The notes: generated by a model not told the origin, from the sequence alone. DNA of 63,291 nt, filler included, from Phoronis australis (GCA_002633005.1; 12 parts of 12 records of this genome joined end to end with filler, not necessarily neighbours in it); one strand, 5' to 3'; shown: positions 1 through 13,064, counted from the whole stretch's first letter. Program-made: numbers and translations.

Positions 1-1197
1 TCATTATTAAAATTTAATATCCAGGTTGGACTCGAAAGACCGGCTATTTAACTCACGCAATGTCAACTTCCGCTTTGTTTATCGCAGTGAGCCTCGCTTT
101 GGATTTTAATGTCCGTCGCGTGAATTAGGTCTATACTCCCGGATATTCTCAGCCTTTCTAAGTTTCTATGGAAAAATTTGGAAAAATTAAAACAACATTC
201 GCCACTAAACTGCATTATAACGACCTCTATATGTAGATATGGGATTAGCCGGTGACTTCATACCCAAATGAAAGATCGAGCTTTTCGCGGAATTCAATAT
301 AGAAAACAAAAACCCGACAAATGCAAATCAGATATCATTACCGCCGCTTTGTAAAGGAATCCAAAGACAATTGGACCGCTGAAATTGGTAGTCTGGGAAC
401 GATGTCACAGGACAAAACCGGGGCTTTTTAGAAGAGTCGTTTTTCATAAACTACCGCACTGGTCTAAGAAACTTCTCAAACCAGAGTTCAACAGGCGGGG
501 CCGTCACGTTCCTTTGTCCCGGAGGTAAGAAAGCGCCTGACTCGTTTTGGAAAGTCAGGCAAATTTTCACAGGTCATGCTGGAAACCGTCGAGATGTAAA
601 GACGTGATTTCAACTGTTCAAAAGTATCATAATTGAAATGGTATTTCAAACAAGGGGATTGTGTTCGGTTCAAAATCATCCCGACGACGTTGCTTTATCT
701 ACTTGCACTGTGATTGATGTCGAGAAAGTGGAGAACTTAACATCGCACGTCCACGATTATTTTTTACTAAAGTGTATCCAATTTTTTCCCGTGGAGTTAC
801 ATCCCACAGCACAATAGTAACACTTCGTTGGGATTGGGAGGGCGAACAGAGTAAAGCAGCCGAGAACACCTCGTAAAGAATAAAAGAACAACAAAGAACA
901 ACGTGTAAGTCCATCTGGATACAAAAGTGACGGATATTGTGGCACTGTAGGTAAATACAGGCGAGATTCGAGTGTTGCTGCGTAATCCGGGACGGCCCTA
1001 TTGTTTAACTTCAGGAACAGCTCTTTATACTGAATCAAACATGCCTAAATGTATGCCGTGATTGCATTTTTTTAACACTATCGCAATGTTTTCAAAGAAA
1101 TTACTATTCTATAGGTTGACTTTGCAGCAGTCGAGTACAGACTACCTTAATTTAAAAGAGCTGCGCCAGTAGAGCAACACGCAAATTCATAACTTAC

Positions 1198-1327
1198 TAA
1201 ACATGATGAAAAATACACCGCCAACTACCGGATCTGGTATGGTTACAAAGACAGCTCCGAATTTACCAATGATCGCCAACAGTATCATAATGATGGCACC
1301 CACTTGTATTACTCTACGACTACCAAC
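1198..1327 (-). CDS. SLC23A: SLC23 internal exon (further 3' exons not seen in window)
   Basis: VGSRRVIQVGAIIMILLAIIGKFGAVFVTIPDPVVGGVFFIMF; tag|..|gtaagt. Confidence 0.93.
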
Positions 1328-1940
1328 CTATAAATGGAGATGCATGTATATTAATATCGGTGATCAATCAATTCAAAACAGGAATGTGAAACGGAGATCA
1401 CGTGAGGCCCACATACTGTAAGCGCGTTCGTACTTTTTCTAAAGAAAACATCAAGCTCAATAAAGGGTCTGTCCTCCTGAAGAAAATGGGTTTTGCAAGT
1501 TTCAGCAAATTTAGGTCCTTACTTTCTTATCCGATAACAGGAAATATTGTTAGAAAATCCAAAAGAAAAAAATCTAGAATTCACGAAATTGAAAGTTTGC
1601 GTCGACAAAAGCTTCATTGCCATTCATAATTTTACCTACAGCAAAGTCTTAGTTTTATTAGGTTGCCAGTTTCGAAGGCTGTTTGTTGTCTCTTCTCCGT
1701 GTTATTGTCGGAATCTGTATTACTGACGAATGGCTTCAATCGGTGCACGAGTCACACAACGGGCGTTCCAGCTCGTAGTGCCAAGTAAATCACATGCCGA
1801 TTAAACAAGAAAACTCTAAATTTTCACTTGTTATGCCCTCCATAGATAATTTATCTGAGCAAGTGGTGATTAGGTTGTGGTGGAATGCATATTAAACAAG
1901 TGACTCAAAAACAACTATATATATCGACATGTTAGAGGTC

Positions 1941-2093
1941 TGGGCTGGGTTGCATAAAACTTTAAAATTATCCGCTTGATAAGTTTGATTGTTGGGTGAC
2001 GTCAGGTGCATTGTTCCACGTTAACAACGTGGCGTGTGATAATGCGACGTCATTGTTGCTATGCAGCGTATAACTTTTATGCTACTGAGCCCT
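1941..2093. mobile_element. small MITE in SLC23 intron
   Basis: imperfect TIRs tgggctgggttgcataaaactt / aacttttatgctactgagccct. Confidence 0.45.
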
Positions 2094-2453
2094 TGTACAC
2101 AAAAGTGAGAAAGCACTGTTATTAGGAAAAGTCAATCCGACGAAATTCAGCGACAATTTCCCGAGAAGAACATACACCTGTACATGAATAGACCCAAATC
2201 TCACCACAGTACGACTGAAGTACGACTAAGTTTAATCGATTTCCTTAGAATTTTGCAAACATAGTATTCAGTCCAGGTATCGAATAAGCCAACTGAAAAT
2301 GTAGTATTTGGTGAAACGTCGGGAAATTTTGTATGAGTTTGTTGGGAAGGAATGAAAACAAGAATGTCTTTCACAGTAAAACCCAATTCACAGTGCAAGT
2401 CAAATTGTAGTGGAATACCGCACGAAGTGTCACTACCAAGTGCAACCACACAC

Positions 2454-2557
2454 CTTGGTTATACCAATCGCACCAATGTTCTCACTGTAAGAAGTGGTAC
2501 CGTTGCCGCTTCCCCAAGCTCCGGCCAAAACACAGCCAATACCCTCCACGCCAATAC
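2454..2557 (-). CDS. SLC23A: SLC23 exon containing the NAT signature motif
   Basis: [35 protein letters not shown]; cag|..|gtgtgt. Confidence 0.95.
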
Positions 2558-2867
2558 CTGTAAATACCTTCAAACCTTAGGAGACTTGCCAGTTTTCAAA
2601 ACGAAACTTCATCTTCCTTTATTTGGTTCTTGAACACTCAAAAGTGATTTTATCATTCAAACAAATTAAATTGTTCCTGCCAATGTTATAGTGACATCGC
2701 AAACTGGGCAGAAACTTTAAGTACAGTAAATGGTCATTTTCTGTAGTGTGCATTATATCTGATCACTTTATAAACGGAATTAAAATATCCCGTAGTTTGC
2801 ATACAGCATAACATTTAAAGCAAGGCTTTACATGTAAATTATTGGCAGGTCATATTGAGTTCTTTAC

Positions 2868-3174
2868 CTCTATTGATTGCATGCAATGGCGGCGGTGTGG
2901 CTCCAGCCAGTCTAGCGCATGCGTAGTAGTCTCCAATGGATTCCATCATAGAGGCAAGCACGCCAGCTAGCATGCCAAAAGCTCCTGAGACCGATACGGT
3001 AGGCGTACCCCATTGGCCAGGGTACGGAAATCGTATCCATGCTGCATCATTCAGAACTGAAATTCGAGCGTCAGTGCGTGCTTTATGTCCCCACATCCCT
3101 ATTCCTTTAGGAAGAACATTCGCTGCAGTGAAAACAGCGCAAATCCCCCATACCACCAGGACAGCGAGAATGAC
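2868..3174 (-). CDS. SLC23A: SLC23 internal exon
   Basis: VILAVLVVWGICAVFT..ARTD..WIRFPYPGQWGTPTVS..ESIGDYYACARLAGATPPPLHAINRG; canonical splice sites. Confidence 0.95.
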
Positions 3175-4651
3175 CTGAAATCAATGTTGTTGAGGTGATT
3201 CAATGCAGAAGCAATATCATCAACGTCACATGATAAAGATGTGTGTTTGACATACACACTGCATCTGTGTGTGCACGTATGTGTGCAGGCCCGCCGAAGG
3301 AAGGTAAACCGCATTGGCCCTTTCTAGTCATCGCTAATTTCCCATCTACCGCGTGCTATAGCTAGTTTTTTTGGGGCCACGCACCAATTATGCAGTACCT
3401 TAAACTTGGGCACCTGCACTTCAACAAAATTTTAAGAGAAAGGAATAATTTTAGACAAGAGCAAATTTGGCCGCGCATGCGTACAGTTAGGGTATAACTA
3501 AATTATAACCTTTAGCCCCATACGCGTTGAATTAGTTGAACAATGCAATAGGCCTACTGTCGAGTGGTATTGTTTTCCGTATTGCACTCTTGGGACTACT
3601 TTTAACAGTTCCCATACTCAGAATTGGTAAGTACAAAAAGTAGGTCATTGTCGGCGTCACGTGGCTTGCCAGCTCGATCATTGAACTTTCCCCGAAATAG
3701 TTTAAAGTAATAAAGTTACAGCAGTATAGCTAGCACTCAACGTGCAATCAAGTCACAGACTTAACATCTGGTAAAAACTGTTAGTTAGGCTATATATAAC
3801 ACTTTTGTCTCAGTTGTAATGGCTAAGACATTATATTGTGTCGGCTGCAACTAAGGCGACGATTTCTCGGCAACTCAAATTTAATCACTCTAGTTATTTA
3901 ATGATTTTCAAAAAATGTTACAAAATCAATACACAATTACCGTTGATTTCATATTTGATGTCTCTTTTCAAGTAATAAATCGTAACATTTAATTCTGTGT
4001 TCTTTTAAAAGAGTAAGCCTGTAGCATAACGCTTAAGCTAATACACTATAAGTTGTGATCCCTCACGAGAACAGCATGAATGAAGTATTTGGAAGATCTG
4101 CCGAAAACAACAAAAGGAACTCAAAAATTTAAAGCGTATGGGACAAACACAAAGTATTACGCAAAAATATGTCTTGTGAGATATTATTTCATCTACACCA
4201 CTCCCGGTACGTGTATTAATGAAATTCAAAGCTTTCTTAGGGCGTCAAACAGTGTACTGTCAATATCAGTCTTTAGTGGATATAAAAGTAACTTAAGAAA
4301 CTCCTACTGCGGGCTTCAAGAAATAATGACAGAAATAACACCGTCTTGTAATTGATGAGACAGAAAGTGAGACCATTAAGGTCAAGATTCACTTTATTAG
4401 CCTTTGGCCTATTTACNGGGGGACGTACAGTACACTCGACTGTCCACAACCGCTTTCAGGTGGTGATGTAGTAACATCATGTCTACAATCTCTTGGCCTA
4501 TTTACACCAACCTCCATCCTATTTACATTGTTACCGCACCTTGGTCAACCATTTTCAGTCCATCTGCAGGTGTTACAACGTTCTTGGGAGAACGAGTACG
4601 CGTATGTAGTTCATTCATCACGTCACTTAGATCATATATTTTCTGGTAGAC

Positions 4652-4714
4652 GGCAGAGTATGAACCCGGGACCTTTCGGTTGTCAGTCCAACACTTCCCC
4701 AATAGGCCACTACG
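4652..4714 (-). mobile_element. tRNA-derived SINE head (degenerate)
   Basis: minus strand reads tagtggcctattgg (A box-like) ... gggttcatactc (B box-like) at tRNA-like spacing. Confidence 0.45.
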
Positions 4715-4779
4715 TCATCCGTTAACTTAGAGAGCAATTTGATTTACTTATATTTTCATTAATGTCTGAGGAGGGGTAA

Positions 4780-5200
4780 TCAGGTGTCACTCGGCTGCTT
4801 GCTGTACTGCCTGAATACGTTATCGTTTAGTTTTGTTTGCATAGCTTCCTTGATCTTTCTTTCAATCTGGTTTTTGTCACTGTCGAGTATCCCTTTGGAG
4901 GTTGCGTTGTTTTGATCACATGCATGTATGCTATACTGCTTTCGATGAGCTATTGCCTTTTCTACCGTGACTGCATTTCCTGTGTTCAGTAGTCCTGGTT
5001 TCCAGTGGCCTAAGTGTTTCATCGATACAGGATTCACCACACTCAAGGTGAATTTGGCAGGCGACGTTTTTCTATTTGTTTGAATCGTTGGATGCAGGCT
5101 AGCTCAGGGTTGGTGTTTGATCTGGACAAAGCTCCATTGGCCAATGGCTTGAAATATTCAGTGATTCTTTCGAAGAAACGCCAGACAGAATAGCAGTGCC
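4780..5200 (-). mobile_element. Penelope-like element GIY-YIG endonuclease remnant (frameshifted)
   Basis: KNVACQIHLECGESCIDETLRPLETRTTEHRK, then after a frameshift HA..ILDSDKNQIERKIKEA; a decayed VY..PC..YIGET..EH / R.IKEAI motif set. Confidence 0.75.
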
Positions 5201-5477
5201 GGAAAAGTGATAGTGTCTTTGAATGATGACGGCAATAGCAGGTTGGAAGAAAGCCTTATGCCTCGATGCGAATGGCTGATGCGACTGATATGTAGCTTGC
5301 TGTCGGGAAGAGTCAAGTCAGGAACCTAGATATTAGAATCTATGACTGTGTACTTTAACGTCGTAAGTACCTGATGATTGCTTTTTGTTACATGGCTATG
5401 TTGGTCGAATTAACAGTGCATACACGTGTCTTGCATAGATGTAAATTTGCATTTGATGGAGAAACATATTTACTAAC

Positions 5478-5574
5478 CGGAAACAGCTTGAAAATCGGAT
5501 ATCGTCGATTCCGCCCACAAGGTATCTCGGTATTTCTTAAGTACTGCGAGAAAACTACGATAACAGCGATTGAC
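5478..5574 (-). CDS. SLC23A: SLC23 internal exon
   Basis: tag|..|gttagt; SIAVIVVFSQYLRNTEIPCGRNRRYPIFKLFP; phase-compatible with both neighbouring exons. Confidence 0.9.
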
Positions 5575-5811
5575 CTACAAATATATCAAGGTTCATACTA
5601 ACATGTACACAAATAGATTAGAAAAAATGTATTGCGCATGTGGATGCCAAGAATCACCCACAGAAACAAAAACGATGAATTAAACAAAGCAATTTTTCTG
5701 AAATGCATTAACAAAGTAAGTTCCAGACACTTAACATTACCACCTCACTACAATAATCTACATTTAGATCACTGATTTACATTTCCAGTCACAAATATGC
5801 CACTGACTTAC

Positions 5812-5993
5812 GTCAAAGCGATATACCATTGTCCCGCACAAAAATCTGTCGCTGGCTTGAACAGCGACAGACCGACTAGCGTAATAGTTGGTGTGATAGC
5901 GAGAGGTCCGATGAATCGCATCAACATTCCTATGATACCACTGAATCCGATAACAACTTGGAACATGGAAGCAACCATGATGGCTCCTTGAAT
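5812..5993 (-). CDS. SLC23A: SLC23 family (nucleobase/ascorbate transporter) internal exon
   Basis: ag|..|gtaagt; translates IQGAIMVASMFQVVIGFSGIIGMLMRFIGPLAITPTITLVGLSLF..QWYIAL, typical SLC23A1/2 sequence. Confidence 0.93.
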
Positions 5994-7603
5994 CTAATTT
6001 AACACAGAAAACCTCAGAATTAGTATAACGAGAAAACACGAAAGAATCTAGAAATGTGTCTAAATTTTATTATCTCTACGACGACCCATCTCAGAAACGA
6101 TAATCAGACTGATACATAAAAGCAGTGTTCGAAATTATTTTTTAAAAATAATAATTTAATGACCAGCGCTCCATTTGGCGACCTGCACTGGGTCTTCAAT
6201 GCNNNNNNNNNNNNNNNNNNNNNNNNNNNNNNNNNNNNNNNNNNNNTTAATTAATTAANNNNNNNNNNNNNNNNNNNNNNNNNNNNNNNNNNNNNNNNNN
6301 NNTGGATAGATAATTGCACAATCGAGTAGCGCCTCCTAGAGTCTTTTACTCAAACTGACAGTCACAGATTGGCAGAAAAGTGTGTTAAGTGAGTTATGTA
6401 AAAAACTGACAGCACAAAAACTATGAAAGAGACAAGATTTTTTATTCTTGCGTTGGACTGAACAAAGACAGCAGTAACAGATGGAAGTTAGCTCATGTTC
6501 CAAAAGAATCCGATATAGATTTGGGAGAGTAATAAAAATGGCCTTAATAATAAGCAGTGAAAATGACATTTTTGTAGGCTAGAATGGGAGGACATAAAAA
6601 ATCAAAAAATCCATCCGAACAAGTTTTTCTTGTACGTTATTCTTTCTTCTTTCTGCTATATAGTTATTTTTTCTATAGCGTGAAGCGATGATGTGTTGTT
6701 GCTGTTAAAAAGTCACCTACTTCCAAGTACTATTATTTGCTATTTTTCGGAAAAAGTATAAAGTGGTCGCAAAAAGGGTTTTAAAAAACTTGGAAACTCT
6801 TAAAAATTCAGGCTCAGGTTTCTTTTGACAAGGCCAGTTGACATGCTAAGTTTCAAAAAAAATGGTGATTTTGCATATATAGCCCACCATCTGGTTTTTA
6901 TATGGAATTGCTCTTAATCTTTGCACAATATTTCAGTTATAGCTGTCCCAAGGCCACCGGTAGCCATGTATTTAAGAAATCAAAAATGTAATTGATTTTG
7001 TTAAGATATGGACTAATACAACGTAAAAGAACCAAGAAAACCACTTCCTGACACAGGTTTTTGAAACCCTTGTACATGTAGATTCCCTGTAATATTATTA
7101 GCAATCATCCAGTTAAGCGTTTTTCACTCATTCATATAAGCATCGGTGTAATTTTCCACACAGCCTTCCCTGACGGCACACCCCATCATTAAAGGCAGCA
7201 TACGCAAACACTCGCATAGTCGACCGGGCTTAACTAATTATGATGTCTTCAGATCATTAACACACGTAAACAATGCAATGGCATTTTTGGTTGAATTTGA
7301 TAAGGAATTTTTGAAATTTTTCCGCCACAGTATATCTTAAAAATCATAACTTGAACTGAAGCCGGGTGGTTGACATTGACTTGTTATTACTCGTACATCT
7401 AATTGAAACCGAAACGCTTCACGTTTCTTGCTAATATATTTTATTCACGATGTTGATTTTTTGTATGCCCGACGTTACTCATTGTTGTTATTGTGCATGT
7501 TTAGTGTAAAGAACGTGCTCTGTGAATTACGATCGCATACAATTACTTTTGTTGTAGTGGTGTTTGTGGTACATTAACACACAGGCGCTTGGGTTTATCG
7601 CAA

Positions 7604-7665
7604 ATGACGTCTCAATAATATATATAAGAAAACATGTTTTCTTATATATATTATTGAGACGTCAT
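7604..7665. repeat. perfect 62-bp palindrome built from a MITE terminal repeat
   Basis: atgacgtctcaataatatatataagaaaacatgttttcttatatatattattgagacgtcat; left half matches the TIR at ~52686-52740. Confidence 0.9.
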
Positions 7666-9024
7666 GTTTTCTTATATATGTTATTGAGTGACGTTCTATT
7701 CAGGCACTATAGTCAAAATTTTCAATAAGATTTCCACTTCATCAAACACTACCACCAGACAGACTGTGTTTCAAATTCAAAGAGTACATTCAACGATTGT
7801 TACGAACACTAACTGTTTAAAATAAAATTATGAACAAAAGAAACTGGGTTTAATTTGCATTGCGCAAGCGTGTGTTTGCAAAACTTGCATCATGTGGTTG
7901 AATGTTGTAGACACGTCAAGTTCTTCGCAAAAAGGTCTTTTTTACGGTCCATGTGAGAAAACAAATTCTACTCTCGTCTCAGGTTAATGACATGTGCAAA
8001 ACTTGGAAAGCCTCGGAACTTCCAAGAGCTTTTATCCATGTCATAAACTTGATACACATGTAGGATTCTTGATTCAATAGACAATGTAAATGTGTTTAAA
8101 TTTCCAAATGTCTGTGAGATAACTCACTGTAACTTGAGAACTCTCATGAATTAAGTCATGCAGATCTGTCAAGTGTGAATGAGAGAGAGATTTTTGTTTC
8201 GCAGTTGTGTTATTAACTTCATATTTTGTTCGAGCAAGTTATTAACAAATAAACCTTGCAACCTTGTTCCATTGCTTTATGTGTTATTTAACTGTTACAC
8301 TTCATAAATGTGTTTCTCAATCAGCAGGGTGGGCTTGTTTACCTAGGCCGTCATTATCAGGTTAGGTTTTTTGATGTGGAATATGTTTATAACAGTAGGC
8401 AATATGTCTGTTCTGATTGTGATTTGAGGTTGGTTTTTGAATGATTAAGGCAGCGTAGTGCCAGGAAGAAAATACAGTGCTATTTTAATGCTAATAATAC
8501 ATTTATGTTGCTTTTTCATGCAAAGTTTATAATTTTTGCACTTTTAGATTGTAGGCAGTAATTTCACTCCATCGTTTGCATATGACAGTCTGTCTTAGTC
8601 CTTGTTTAATCGCATAATCATTATGGGTTTTGAAAGTTGTGTGTGTCTATGACAACGGCCTTGGCGGAAGAAGTTGCAGAACTGTTTTCACTTTGAAAAA
8701 CTTCAACATGGGTAAAACTTGGATATATTACATTGTGAAATCATAAACTTTTCAGACAAAACTGAGTCGTTAGAGGCACCTGCCCACCACCAGAAGCCTA
8801 GCTAGTCATAACTATACCGAAAAGCACAAAGAAATGGCTGCCTAGGACCAACCCACCTTACGAACCATTTGTTTTGCTTACGCTGTACTCCACAAAATGC
8901 TGATAGTTTTAGTTTCACACAAGAAAAGCAGCTAACTGGTCGTAGGTTCCTATAGTTACTTGGATCGTTTAATGAAATAAAGCAAGCATGCATCTGGACA
9001 GTGCATATCTTAAAAATAGATCGA

Positions 9025-9260
9025 TGTCTACAATGTTCAGTCTTAGATTAAATACTTTTAAGTACTATAGATTTAATACTTAGTACTAAATTACTAAGTA
9101 TCAGGAAGAGATCTTCCTGTAAGTATTTAATCTATGGTTCAGTGTCTACAATGTTCAGTCTTAGATTAAATACTTTTAAGTACTATAGATTTAATACTTA
9201 GTACTAAATTACTAAGTATCAGGAAGAGATCTTCCTGTAAGTATTTAATCTATGGTTCAG
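9025..9260. repeat. perfect 118-bp tandem duplication rich in internal inverted repeats
   Basis: units 9025-9142 and 9143-9260 are identical. Confidence 0.95.
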
Positions 9261-9897
9261 TGTTGATGACAACTATCAATCCACGTGAGATCTTTCATCT
9301 TAATTCTGCTTAAGGTGGAACATTTCCCGTCTTTAATTGGCAATGGATGCTGAAATCAATCCCCTCGCTATTTACTATCACTTCAGACTTGAAATTACTG
9401 TTTGAAAAAAATATTGTTTGTAGGAAAATGTTGAGAGAAAAATAACTTTACTCAGTGTTGGTTAATTCTGTTTCATTGGTATTTATTTGGTTGATTATGT
9501 ATGTTCGAATTTTATATTTGGCGTTATGGTTTTACTTTCAGTTCGTGTTGGCTTGGATGTGGATTTCATGTTATGACTCAATCATTCTTAGAACTTGGTA
9601 TAAACTGCGACCTTGTTTGTTACTAGTATGAATGCTTCACCGTCCGTCTGTTGACTCTCAGCTCAAGAACTGTTGTTGTTAATCCTTTCATGTTCTACAG
9701 GCTGACTATATACTTTTTAGTTGGGGAAAAAGGCATATATTCCTTGTGTTGGCCACTGAGTCAGTATAATTCTATTACGACTGTGTGAATGAGGAATCCC
9801 ACAGTTATCTGATTTCAAACACTCCGGGCGTGAAGAATAATAATTATTCGGAATTCATTGCAGGTTTTTGAATAAGTATTCCATTAATAAAGATCTT

Positions 9898-10125
9898 CAG
9901 AGGCGGATCTACAAGAAGTGGTTCAGGGGGTTTACCCCCCCTCAGGACAGGATCAAAAATAAATATTGGAAAAAACTCGCCAGAAAAACGAAATAAGCTA
10001 CTAAAAACCATAAAAAATCTTACACGGGAGGAGGGAAATCCTTCCTTCCCCTCGGCGCTACACGCCTCGGATTCGCTCGAATCCTAACCCCCCCCCCCCT
10101 TACTGGAATCGTAGATCTGCCACTG
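9898..10125. mobile_element. non-autonomous DNA transposon (CAG..CTG, 5-bp TSD ATCTT)
   Basis: TIR cagaggcggatctac / gtagatctgccactg, flanked by atctt on both sides. Confidence 0.8.
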
Positions 10126-12708
10126 ATCTTTGACATTGCATTTGATATGGTTTTCAAATGAACCAAGCCACTGTTTTTTCATGATTATATTTTTCATTGC
10201 CCACCTACTTTCCTACATCGGGTGTGTGTCTTCACTTAGAAATGGCACTGCATACATGTACGGAGGACCTCATGAGATCATAAAGTTTCGAAATGGTCAG
10301 TTTTCAACTGATGATTCCAGTGTACACCTGCATAGGACTGCGTTATAAATAAATGAAATGGAACAAAGCGAAATGTTTCATGCTCGCAATGGATAGTTGT
10401 CAATAACTGATATTTTCTAGTTTCAAGTGCTTTTAACATTAGAACAATTTATATAAAATTTCTCAATCCCAGGCCTTGCGAGATAGTAGATTGAGTACGA
10501 TGGGGACCTTTGAAAGCATAGGCCGCTTCAACATTCGAACAATCGGATAATGCTTACGTGTAACCTACATTTGCTTGTACTCGTGTACACAGTTGCGCGC
10601 GTGTATGTGTGTCATAACTGAGTAGCGTTCTTATGTAATAGTGCAAACTCCACCCGCTTATTCAGGCCCCCATGGAAATCAGTGAAAACTGGTGGGGTTA
10701 CCCTCATTGCAAAAATCATGATAAATAAACAAAAAATGACTAATTAAATCGTGGACATAGTTGCAGGAGACGAAGCTTGAGTCAGACAATAATGAATAAG
10801 TATTATTGGCATGTTGAAAGTCCAGCATGTTTTTAGTATTTATCAAGTGCAAAATTTAAGAGGGATTTTTAGTTTCGTCAGCTATTAAGAAGGTGAAAAC
10901 ATAAACGGAGTTGACGTAATTGCTTTGGTAAAATGGGGTCTTGCAAAATGTTTAAAACCTTGTTATAAATTTTGAAGTTGGGTATATTAAGAGTGTCCTC
11001 AACAAGAGGTATTTTTTCACTCTGCATACTGGATTTATTTCGGATAAGTAAGGTGAGTTGGGGATTATCCTTAAGCCTCGTTTCTGAAGTAGTTGTAATT
11101 AAATCACCATTGGGATGTAATGTTTAAGTGAGCATGAATCGTAGAGTAGTAAATCGTATTCGGTGCGAATTAAATCAAATGCCTCTTGGGTTTATTGAGT
11201 ACGCTACAGGTTGGTGCAATGTTTGCTACCACCAATTGTAATGAATATGTTCTGACCACGATAAATAGTAGTCAAATTTTATTCCCAAAACGTAAATGGT
11301 TTAGCGACAGTTAGGTTTTGACTGTTTAGAGTAAGCTATAGGTATTTTACCAGCATGCCTATGACATAGATGCCTTCCTAACCCGATTTGAGACTAGCCA
11401 AAAGTGACACAAATCAGAGTGGATTACAGAGGTAAGTCCACTGTTGATAGGTAAAGTCCTTCAGGTGTCCAAGAGCCTGCCGTCTGATCAAATTTACGAA
11501 TACCGACCAACTAAAATTGACTAAATAAATTGTGGACATAGTTACAGGAGACGAAACTTGAGTCATTGCGTAGTGAGTAGAAATTGTGTTCTTGTAATAT
11601 GTTGAACGTCCAAAAAGAAACGCACAAAGATGTCAAAGTATTAGACGCGAGAGGTGACAAGTCGGCCAGAAGTGTACTCTGGAATCTTTAGTGACGTACC
11701 GGATGTAACCAATCGGGTTGAGCACAAGTTTGAGACAATCAGTGAAGAGCCGTTGAGATTTAAACCATATCGGCTGTCATATACCACTGTGTCTGCAGTG
11801 TAAGAAGTAAAGTGTGGAGTCATAGAACAATCTGATGCACCTTGTAACTCTCCTGTGGTCTTGTTCAAGAAGAAAGATTTTTCTAATAGATCCTGTATCG
11901 ATTTTCGTAGTTTGAACGCCATCACCAAGTACGACTCGGAAACGATGGGCAACACTGATGACATCATGTCAAAGATCGGTAAGGACCAGAGTACTTTACA
12001 AAGATATAATCTTATGCAGTACAGGCTAACGGCAAGCCATTGTCGAAGAAGAATCCCGATCTAAGACCTCGTTTGTAGTACCAGTAAAGATGCCATTTGG
12101 TCTGGCGAACTCGTTAACGACCTTCAACTGCAAGATGTTGTCAGCAGCGCATATCGCAGTGCATTATGTGAATGGCATTCTGTGCCGGAATGTGACCTGG
12201 ACTGAACTTCATCTGGATAGCCTGCGAGAAACCTTCCAACGTGTACGAGAGGAGAGGTTGGACCAACGATCTGACCCACCAAGTAATCGGTTAAATCTCG
12301 TTCCGACACAATTTCGTTGGACATATAGTCGGTGAATGGCATCTGGCAATGGATGGAGAAAAGCTGGGACGCATCCGAGATGCATCACGACCCAGAAGTA
12401 AGAAACAACTTTGCTCTTTTCTCGGGTCGGCTGGCTACTACATGAAGTTCATCACAAGCTTCGTTGAAATCGCCGTCTCGTTTACCGAGCTCACAAAAAA
12501 GAAACATCCCAACATGAGTTCGACACGCTTCTGGAGCTGCTGACGACAGCATCCATACTGCGATGACCTGACTTCAGTAGACTCTCTATCGTTCAGACTG
12601 ATGCGTCAGATACAGGCACAGGCTGTATTTTGTTGCACGAGTATGATGATGACAGGTTCCCAGTGGCATGTGCTTGCAAGAAATTCCCCCTTACATATGC
12701 AAAGTCAT

Positions 12709-12882
12709 TGAGAGAGAGAGAGNNNNNNNNNNNNNNNNNNNNNNNNNNNNNNNNNNNNNNNNNNNNNNNNNNNNNNNNNNNNNNNNNNNNNNNNNNNNNN
12801 NNNNNNNNNNNNNNNNNNNNNNNNNNNNNNNNNNNNNGAGAGGGAGAGGGAGAGAGAGAGAGAGTGTGTGTGTGTGTGTGTC
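12709..12882. repeat. (GA)n-(GT)n compound microsatellite spanning an N gap
   Basis: direct reading. Confidence 0.9.
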
Positions 12883-13064
12883 TGCCTATTGTCTTTACCG
12901 TTAGAAAATTTGCAAAATACGTGTATGGTGAAGAATTTATCATTCAAACCATGGCCTACATAGAAAAGTTAGTCAATGGACGCATCATGAAGTGGACCTT
13001 GTATCTACAAAACTATCAAGTTAATGTTGAAGCTATTACAGGCTCGGAGACTGTTGGTAGTGAT

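Noticed and set aside
488-1038. Short ORFs here and most other 60-150 aa ORFs in the track
   Set aside because: No motifs, many non-ATG starts, located in introns or repeats; consistent with chance
6203-6302. Recurrent TTAATTAATTAA between N runs (11 occurrences)
   Set aside because: Artificial scaffold spacer with stops in all frames; ORFs ending ..XXXLIN are artefacts
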